From contig CAZYCQ010000077.1 of assembly GCA_964645535.1 (NCBI GenBank), forward strand, positions 1-13,124: a stretch of 13,124 nt of DNA. Direction: 5' to 3'. The position numbers were made by a program, and so were the translations under genes. The stretch comes from an uncultured archaeon. Its GTDB lineage: Archaea; Asgardarchaeota; Heimdallarchaeia; Heimdallarchaeales; Kariarchaeaceae. This document shows, in pieces, positions 1 to 6,477 of the stretch (its first letter is position 1; every line of letters starts with the position of its first letter). The notes beneath the pieces were generated by a model, which was not told where the DNA came from, did not search any database, and worked only from the letters and a program-made list of their open reading frames with translations.

Positions 1-83
1 AATTAAAAATAATAAATATTATAATCTTGTATGCTATGCAAAACTTGTCTCTTATAATATAATTGATAATTCGCTAAATTTAT

Positions 84-102
84 CGTAAAATTCATTATAT
101 AT
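84..102 (+). promoter_or_regulatory. Possible archaeal BRE/TATA promoter for the HAD gene
   Basis: CGTAAAA followed by TTATATAT (95-102), ~45 nt upstream of ATG146. The region is very AT-rich, so specificity is low. Confidence 0.3.
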
Positions 103-145
103 CTGGTAATTATCTAGAATAATGGTTAACTTCTATATTAGTTAA

Positions 146-826
146 ATGAATCATATGACACAATCGATTGCTGATTTTTTTCCGATATTGGGAATCATTT
201 TTGATATGGATGGTGTATTGGCTGATACCGAACCTCTTTCCTGTCTTGCATTTCGAAAGGCTATTGAAGAAGTTGTTGGTTTTGATATGGGTGAAGATTA
301 TCGTCCTATAATTGGTCTTTCGCTTCGTGATGCGGTTGAATTAATTTCTCAAAAATTTGGTCGTTCTATTTCTTCTGTTGAACTTCAAACCATTAGTGAA
401 CGAAAGGAGGAGATTTATTTTCAAATTGCAAAAGGGCGATTGGTTCGAACCGTTGGCTTGGACAACTTCCTTGAATGGCTGTCTCAATCCGATATCGGTT
501 TTGCTATAGCGTCTTCTGGATCCATCGATAAGATCCGTTTCACTCTCACAGAGTTAGATCTTATAGATTTCTTCCAGAACAGGTATTTTTCATCAAGCAT
601 GGTTCAAAAAGGAAAACCATTTCCTGATTTATTCAATTATGTTGCAAAAAAAATGGGGTGGCCTGCTGAAAAAGTTATTGTGATTGAGGATTCTCCTTTA
701 GGGATTCAGGCTGCAATTGCTGCCAACATGATTCCCATCGGTCTCACTTCTTCATTCTCCTTCAATATCCTCCAATCTGCGGGTGCACGTATGATTGTGC
801 AGAATTTTGTGGAATTACTCCCTTAA
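146..826 (+). CDS. HAD-superfamily phosphatase (subfamily IA, beta-phosphoglucomutase/CbbY-like)
   Basis: Motif I FDMDGVLADTE, motif II IASSG, motif III KGKPFPD, motif IV IEDSPLGIQAA. Start could be ATG146 or ATG155. Substrate cannot be determined from sequence. Confidence 0.93.
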   Translation: MNHMTQSIADFFPILGIIFDMDGVLADTEPLSCLAFRKAIEEVVGFDMGEDYRPIIGLSLRDAVELISQKFGRSISSVELQTISERKEEIYFQIAKGRLVRTVGLDNFLEWLSQSDIGFAIASSGSIDKIRFTLTELDLIDFFQNRYFSSSMVQKGKPFPDLFNYVAKKMGWPAEKVIVIEDSPLGIQAAIAANMIPIGLTSSFSFNILQSAGARMIVQNFVELLP

Positions 827-868
827 TTACTAAAAATTTATAATAACTTCACAAATTCAGTATTTTAT

Positions 869-893
869 GTAAAAAAATGCATATATTATATAA
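869..893 (+). promoter_or_regulatory. Possible TATA promoter for the cyclase gene
   Basis: GTAAAAAAA followed by TTATATAA (886-893), ~33 nt upstream of ATG926, in a 99-nt AT-rich spacer. Confidence 0.4.
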
Positions 894-925
894 CAATAAG
901 TCGCAACTTAGCAGGGATTACCATC

Positions 926-2446
926 ATGTATAATGAGTACCAAATTCAGGCCAATGATCTGGTAGCAAATTTTGGCGAGGGGACGATGCCCGGTGTAATC
1001 TATGATACTGCAATCGTTGGTTCCTTGAAAGATAACGTTGACTCTCCCTTGTTTCCTTATCAGGTTGAATATGTCTTGAAACGGCAATATGGAGATGGGT
1101 CTTGGGGTGCACCCAATCCGCTTCCATATGACCGACTGATGTCAACCGCAGCAGTGCTGTATATGATGGTGGAATTGAATATCCACAAAAAACCTTTTTT
1201 TGAACCTTTTTTTGAAAAAGGAGTTGGATGGTTGGAAGAGAATTATCGTACGGCCATGGAATCCAAATACCCTCGAACAGTGGGGTTTGAATTCATTTAC
1301 CCTTATTTGATTTCAACCATTCTTAGTGGAAGTTCTTCACTTTCTGATAAGGTGCGTTTTTCAACCCTCGACAAATTGGTCGAACAGAAACTGGAGATTT
1401 TTGGTGAAGGCATATATCGTGTTCATACCCCTTTGGTATTTTCTGCTGAAGGGATCGTCAGGGATATTTCCCATGCCAACATGATTTCATCTTTGCAGTC
1501 TGAAAATGGTTCGTTGGGGGCATCGCCCTCTGCAACTACGGTACTCCTCAAGTATCCGATCTCAAATACACGTGCCAAACGACAGGCATTCCAATATCTC
1601 AAGGAATCGATCCTTCCCGACCAATCTGTTGTTCATTTTAAAGACTATACTTACATGAATATTGTCTATTCCTTATATCCCTTGTTCAAGGCAGGCTTTC
1701 AAATTGGATCTGGGACTGTTTTTCTGACTAACCGTATTCTGAATGGATGGACTGATTATGGTCTTTCATTTGGGAAGGCCTTTAAGGTTCCTGATGCTGA
1801 CGATACTTCGGTTGCATTGGTTGATCTTCATTACATGGGACTGCCGAATTTGGATCGATATGCTGAGGCTCTTAAATATTATGAGGCGGAAGACCATTAC
1901 AAGACCTATCCTGGAGAACTGGGTCAATCAATGCTGAACAACCTTCATGTCCTTGACTACCTATTGACGACTGGGAAAGAGGAAAACATCGAGAAAGGGG
2001 CTAAAGTTCTTCGTTTCATTGAGGAGAAGTTGCGAGATAACCCACATCAGTTGGGGAAATATCATTCTTCGTTGGCATACCAAATGGGGAGCATGCTTCT
2101 GTCAATGTTTCCTCATCTCTCTGAACATGCCCATCCCTACGTTATTCGATTGGAAGTCCTGCTTCGGGATTTCATTGAAGCTCCTGAAACCCATTATCTG
2201 ACAGATGAGGAATTGGCAGCATCTATTTTCGGGTTGCTTCATGCCCATCATCACGGTGTGGACATAAACTGTGATTTGGTTCGCCGCGGGTTTGAAATTT
2301 TGCGGGTTCGCACCCATGGAGGAAAATTGCCGGATTATGCCCCTCTTTGGATGTCTAAAGTTGCCTATTCCCCGACGCACATTGTCAGATCCAATGTTTT
2401 GGCTGGCTTGATGTACTATGAAAGAATGAAGGATGTTTGTTTCTGA
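926..2446 (+). CDS. Class II terpene cyclase, beta-gamma didomain diterpene cyclase (copalyl/halimadienyl/kolavenyl diphosphate synthase family)
   Basis: Ordered family motifs: YDTA, QYGDGSWG (QW repeat), DRLMSTAA, VGFEFIYP, LVFSAEG, QSENGSLGASPSAT, catalytic DADD (nt 1793-1804, D290-D293), NLHVL, KYHSSLAY (cf. KWHxSxxY), EELA, PLWMSKVAYSP. At 506 aa it matches bacterial CPS/Rv3377c-type enzymes and is too short for SHC/OSC. Confidence 0.9.
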   Translation: MYNEYQIQANDLVANFGEGTMPGVIYDTAIVGSLKDNVDSPLFPYQVEYVLKRQYGDGSWGAPNPLPYDRLMSTAAVLYMMVELNIHKKPFFEPFFEKGVGWLEENYRTAMESKYPRTVGFEFIYPYLISTILSGSSSLSDKVRFSTLDKLVEQKLEIFGEGIYRVHTPLVFSAEGIVRDISHANMISSLQSENGSLGASPSATTVLLKYPISNTRAKRQAFQYLKESILPDQSVVHFKDYTYMNIVYSLYPLFKAGFQIGSGTVFLTNRILNGWTDYGLSFGKAFKVPDADDTSVALVDLHYMGLPNLDRYAEALKYYEAEDHYKTYPGELGQSMLNNLHVLDYLLTTGKEENIEKGAKVLRFIEEKLRDNPHQLGKYHSSLAYQMGSMLLSMFPHLSEHAHPYVIRLEVLLRDFIEAPETHYLTDEELAASIFGLLHAHHHGVDINCDLVRRGFEILRVRTHGGKLPDYAPLWMSKVAYSPTHIVRSNVLAGLMYYERMKDVCF

Positions 2447-2469
2447 ATGCATTATTGGAAAAACTGCAT

Positions 2470-2500
2470 GTGACGATATTTGGTGACGATACGTTTAAAA
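2470..2500 (+). promoter_or_regulatory. TATA box (TTTAAAA, 2494-2500) preceded by a tandem 9-bp direct repeat GTGACGATA
   Basis: TATA begins 30 nt upstream of GTG2524, which fits a leaderless archaeal transcript. Exact repeats lie at 2470-2478 and 2483-2491. Confidence 0.55.
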
Positions 2501-2523
2501 TCTACAACATCCGCTGAAAATCC

Positions 2524-3510
2524 GTGTCTATGTTGGATTTTTTCCTGAATGAGTTCTATGCGCCCTCAATTTTGATCTTGGCTGGGATTCACCTTCTGAT
2601 ATTGCTGATATCCGCAAAATTAGACTTTTCTGCATTGCGATCCCTTGCACTTTCCTCTTTTCCGATGATATTGATGACTCTTCTGTTTCTTCAGCGGGCT
2701 GTGGACGCTGGTGTGAATTGGTATGGGGAAATCATGCCTCTTTCTATTCTTGTAACCTTATTCATTACTGAGTTCATGTTTTTCTCTTCAATGCAGAGCT
2801 ATATTGCAACCTATTCGAAAACTGAGCTTTGGTTGTCCATTTTCTATGCGACCTTCTTGCTTAATTGGCTTATTATTTTCGTTGATCACACCCTGACCAT
2901 TGGCAGTCTTCAACCGGAAAACATACTCTTCGTCAGATTTGCGGGATCGACTATGCTGAATTTGGCTTTGGCAGAAGCCTTGGCACTGTATTTTATTGGA
3001 AAATACATGTTCTACCCCGATTATCCATATATGTCAATTTTTGAACCGATTCTCTTCATCGTTTATGGGGTGGTGATGGGATTGAATTGGGGTGGGCTTT
3101 CCAATGGTTCCTATTTTACTCCGGAAGCTTTTCATACCTACGGCTTTTTCTTCCCTGAACCCTTTTGGCTATTTGGAACAATCACCGGCATTTTTGTGGT
3201 GGTTCCTCAGTTCTTGATTGCCTATTTCGGGAGAAAATATTCTCTTGAGATCCTGGAGGACCGAACCTTGCTTTCCTCCTTGGATCCTTATCTTGTGCCA
3301 AGGTTACGGTGGATTGGTCGTGCAACATATATATTTGCCATTGGTGTCACTCTTTCCTTCTTCATTCTTGTGGGTTCATTCCAATTCAACGTGGAGTTTT
3401 TGGCGATTTTCAGTCCATGGATTGCTTCCCTTTTATTCATAATGGTTTCTGCCATCTTCTATATGGCTTTTCAATCTCCGGAAACCTTACGAAAAATCGT
3501 CTCCAAATAA
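2524..3510 (+). CDS. Integral membrane protein of unknown function, ~9 predicted TM helices
   Basis: Long ORF with ~9 hydrophobic stretches, ending in an amphipathic basic tail FYMAFQSPETLRKIVSK. GTG start (or ATG2530). No enzyme motif recognised. Confidence 0.8.
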   Translation: MSMLDFFLNEFYAPSILILAGIHLLILLISAKLDFSALRSLALSSFPMILMTLLFLQRAVDAGVNWYGEIMPLSILVTLFITEFMFFSSMQSYIATYSKTELWLSIFYATFLLNWLIIFVDHTLTIGSLQPENILFVRFAGSTMLNLALAEALALYFIGKYMFYPDYPYMSIFEPILFIVYGVVMGLNWGGLSNGSYFTPEAFHTYGFFFPEPFWLFGTITGIFVVVPQFLIAYFGRKYSLEILEDRTLLSSLDPYLVPRLRWIGRATYIFAIGVTLSFFILVGSFQFNVEFLAIFSPWIASLLFIMVSAIFYMAFQSPETLRKIVSK

Positions 3511-3561
3511 CTCTCGAAGACCAAAACATCTATATTTCTGTTAAAACATGAAGAAACTAAG

Positions 3562-5253
3562 TTGACTGATATCGAACGGTTTCACGCGTTGAAAAACGAG
3601 CTTGGGCGGTCTGGGGCTCGGCTGTCATATCGTGCAGACCGATCCCGGCGGATTGTGGAAATCAGTATCTCCAATTCTTTTGACTTGATTGATCTGACTC
3701 CTTTGACTGATTTCAAGGCCTTGAAAACCGTCATTCTTGACAACAATACGTTTACAAGACTTGACCTGTCTCCCCTGAAGGATCTGCCAATGCTTTCTCA
3801 CTTGGAGTTGGCTGAAAATGATGGTCTTGAAATGCTTGACCTATCTCCCCTGACTAACCTTCCATTTCTCCATCGTCTCATCATCAACCGTAATTCAATC
3901 AGGGTATTGAAGACCAAGCCTCTAGGTGACATGCACAGTCTTGTCCACCTTAATCTAAGAGAAGTAGGGGGTATCAACAACACCAATTTCTCGCGAAGAT
4001 GGTATATCTATGATTATTGGAACCGCAATCGATACTACCAGGACTGCGAAGCTAGGGGACTGGAACGCTATGCTCTTGACAGGGAGGATTGTCAAAGTAC
4101 TCTGCATACTCTCGATCTGCGTTTTTTGGAAAACCATCCTTCCCTTCGATACGTAGATCTCTCCTACAATCGTGGAACTCGAAAATATATTCTTCCAAGG
4201 AGACCACCTGCCGCACTGGAGTATATTGATCTGTCTGTGAATGAGCTCGGCAGCCTTGATTTCAGGACTCTTGCCACTCCTTACATGCACGAAATCATTG
4301 TAAAGGAAGGGGGATTGGATCGTGTTTCTTTGGAAATGGATTCCGATTTCAAAAGTCTCGGCAAACTCAACCTGTCCCATAATCGATTGGAAGAACTTGA
4401 TCTCTCCCCGCTCGAACCTCTCTACAACCTCCATACGTTGGATTTGTCCCGAAACCGACTGAAATCCATTGATCTCCGACCTCTTGAAGGAAAGCTTAAT
4501 CTGGTCTATCTTAGTCTTGAATCCAATGATTTGCGGCATGTTGATCTCTCTCCCCTGAAAAACCTTCCCAGACTACAGGTTCTCAGACTTGGCGACAATC
4601 TGCTTGAGACGATTGATCTCTCTCCGTTGGCCACTGTTCCCGAACTCAGGGTAATCCGGCTCACCCGCAACAGGTTGGTGGAAGTGGATATCGATCCACT
4701 TAGCTTCTGTCGTAAGTTGCAGCGGGTTCAGCTTGCCAGAAATCGTCTCCGGAGGCTCTCTTTGGAACCTCTTCGGGACATTGTCACCTTGGAGGAAATC
4801 AATTTGGACAGAAATGATTTCGAGGAACTGGATATCTCTGCAATTGAATCCATGCCGCACATTGATTTTATCGACTTACGAGATACCACGCGTCACACCA
4901 AAATTGATTTTACCCCTGTCTTAACATCTGAGGCGAGCTGGGTTCAATTCGATGAAGGCATCAATATCGAAATCGATCCTGAAAAGCTGAAGGACGCAGA
5001 TATCAAGAATTCCTCTTTGTTGAATGATCCAATTGTTGAAGATGCCATTGATTTCAAGAACAACTCGGACAAATTGGTTGAGGCAAAAAATCCATACATT
5101 GCCACTCGTGCGATTCAAGAAAATATGGATCTTGATGAGCTCTTGATTCTCCGTTTTATTGAGAACCGTCCTGAAGTTGCATCCATGCTTTCACGCCGGA
5201 TCAATGAATTGAAACGGATGCAGGAACAGGAAAAAAAGAAGAACAAATCATAG
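3562..5253 (+). CDS. Leucine-rich repeat protein (~16 repeats of ~24 aa, LxxLxLxxNxLxxLDLSPL) with an internal island and a helical C-terminal domain
   Basis: Repeats such as LGKLNLSHNRLEELDLSPLEPLYN, LHTLDLSRNRLKSIDLRPLEGKLN and LQVLRLGDNLLETIDLSPLATVPE. TTG start. No signal peptide or TM segment seen. Confidence 0.93.
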   Translation: MTDIERFHALKNELGRSGARLSYRADRSRRIVEISISNSFDLIDLTPLTDFKALKTVILDNNTFTRLDLSPLKDLPMLSHLELAENDGLEMLDLSPLTNLPFLHRLIINRNSIRVLKTKPLGDMHSLVHLNLREVGGINNTNFSRRWYIYDYWNRNRYYQDCEARGLERYALDREDCQSTLHTLDLRFLENHPSLRYVDLSYNRGTRKYILPRRPPAALEYIDLSVNELGSLDFRTLATPYMHEIIVKEGGLDRVSLEMDSDFKSLGKLNLSHNRLEELDLSPLEPLYNLHTLDLSRNRLKSIDLRPLEGKLNLVYLSLESNDLRHVDLSPLKNLPRLQVLRLGDNLLETIDLSPLATVPELRVIRLTRNRLVEVDIDPLSFCRKLQRVQLARNRLRRLSLEPLRDIVTLEEINLDRNDFEELDISAIESMPHIDFIDLRDTTRHTKIDFTPVLTSEASWVQFDEGINIEIDPEKLKDADIKNSSLLNDPIVEDAIDFKNNSDKLVEAKNPYIATRAIQENMDLDELLILRFIENRPEVASMLSRRINELKRMQEQEKKKNKS

Positions 5254-6477
5254 CTGTTTGAAAACCTCCTCTTTGATTTCAAGCAAGGTTTTGCTGATAT
5301 TGTGATCCAACAGGTTCCAATCGACATTGCCTAAAGGTAGACTGACAATCCATATTGTAACACCATATTTGTGGAATTTGAAGATCACTGGCTTGCTTGT
5401 TTCCTTCTCCACTCCCGGGTAGAACAGCACTCCGAACTTTGAGTTTTGGAACAGGGCATAGCTAAGGATTTGATAGAAATCGGCATGAACACGCAATTCC
5501 TTCTGGGACAGGTCTACAAACTTGTATTTCGCATCCCCAACCATAGTTATATTTCTTCTTTCCTCGGTGATGAGTATGTCTGGTCGGTATACAATTAATT
5601 TGGCATTCTTTGCGGTCACTCGTAATGAGACGTTGGATCTTACGGAAAATTCCCTTAAGTAGTCTGCAACAACTCTAAACACAAATGTTTCATATAGCTT
5701 GTTCATGTTCAGAATAAAGGTAGAAAAGACAACATTCCCGACCTGTTGCCCAATGGAATGTCCACTAGCGATCAGCAGACAAAGGGTCAGGATGGGTTGA
5801 TAATGATTGTCCTGCCTTTTCAGTCCTTCGATTGCATTTTCAATTTCTTGAATGGTGAAATCTCTTGATGTTACCTTTTTCAGTTTATGGTATTGCCTTA
5901 CAAATTGTTTTGAAAGGCTAGGATTCATTCCTCGGACAATTGAAATTGATTTGCGTATGGTAAATTTGAGGATCTGGTTCAGAATTTGATCTTCACTGAA
6001 ATCATCTGTTTCTGAAATGATCTTTATGGATCCTGAAATATTTTCTCTCAGGGTTTTGATCCTATCGATTTTCCCACGGACATTTGTTCCCTTGATGAGT
6101 TTCTGATGGTATCTCCTTCTGATCAATCTTGGAACGAACTCCTCAATGAGTTTGAGGAAATGATGAAAAACATACAATCCCTCTTCTTCAATTCGTTTCA
6201 GTTTGATTGTATGGGAATGAGACCAAAGCTTACTAGAGGAACGCGCAATCAGGTAAAATATGGAGATGTATGGAATTTTCGGCATGAGTCGGATTTTCAC
6301 TCTGCTTAGACTGATGAACCCTGCCATTGGTCCGACGCGAATTCGATATTTTGTTCCTCCCAATGGATGGAGTGAGATCTGTTTTGTTTGTTCCATCACC
6401 TTTCTCATGTACCTCAAATCCTTTTTTCCAAGATCCAGATCAATTTCTCCAAATTCTCTGACTCTAATTTCCTTCAT
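5248..6477 (-). CDS. mcrC: McrC-family modification-dependent restriction endonuclease subunit
   Basis: N-terminal MAGFISL...IRLMPKI, VRGKID, DFSEDQILNQILK, MNKLYETFV, PD-(D/E)xK core RPDILI...GDAKYK, ADFYQILSY, GVLFYP. Its ATG directly abuts the mcrB TGA, with GGTGA just upstream. Confidence 0.92.
   Translation of the reverse strand: MKEIRVREFGEIDLDLGKKDLRYMRKVMEQTKQISLHPLGGTKYRIRVGPMAGFISLSRVKIRLMPKIPYISIFYLIARSSSKLWSHSHTIKLKRIEEEGLYVFHHFLKLIEEFVPRLIRRRYHQKLIKGTNVRGKIDRIKTLRENISGSIKIISETDDFSEDQILNQILKFTIRKSISIVRGMNPSLSKQFVRQYHKLKKVTSRDFTIQEIENAIEGLKRQDNHYQPILTLCLLIASGHSIGQQVGNVVFSTFILNMNKLYETFVFRVVADYLREFSVRSNVSLRVTAKNAKLIVYRPDILITEERRNITMVGDAKYKFVDLSQKELRVHADFYQILSYALFQNSKFGVLFYPGVEKETSKPVIFKFHKYGVTIWIVSLPLGNVDWNLLDHNISKTLLEIKEEVFKQL

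Noticed and set aside
126-145. Inverted repeat TTAACT-N8-AGTTAA before the HAD start
   Set aside because: Six-bp arms in ~80% AT sequence are expected by chance.
926-2446. Calling the cyclase a squalene-hopene/oxidosqualene cyclase or a prenyltransferase beta subunit
   Set aside because: Its length and the YDTA, GFE, SxEG, SPSAT and LWxxKxxYxP motifs fit diterpene cyclases. It lacks the numerous QW repeats of SHC/OSC.
2524-3510. UbiA-type prenyltransferase/cyclase, rhodopsin or desaturase
   Set aside because: No Asp-rich NDxxD motifs, no retinal-binding Lys in the last helix and no His boxes.
3508-3561. The membrane gene and LRR gene are in frame and separated by a single TAA plus 17 sense codons (possible read-through or split fusion); there is also a 5-codon ORF MKKLS at 3548-3565
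   Set aside because: A short open spacer is likely by chance, TAA is not a recoded stop, and the spacer has its own TATA-like element (CCAAAACATCTATATT).
4395-4630. TTGATCTC-like motif recurring every 72 nt, superficially array-like
   Set aside because: It is the DNA trace of the 24-aa LRR (DLSPL) inside a continuous ORF; it is not CRISPR or a non-coding repeat.
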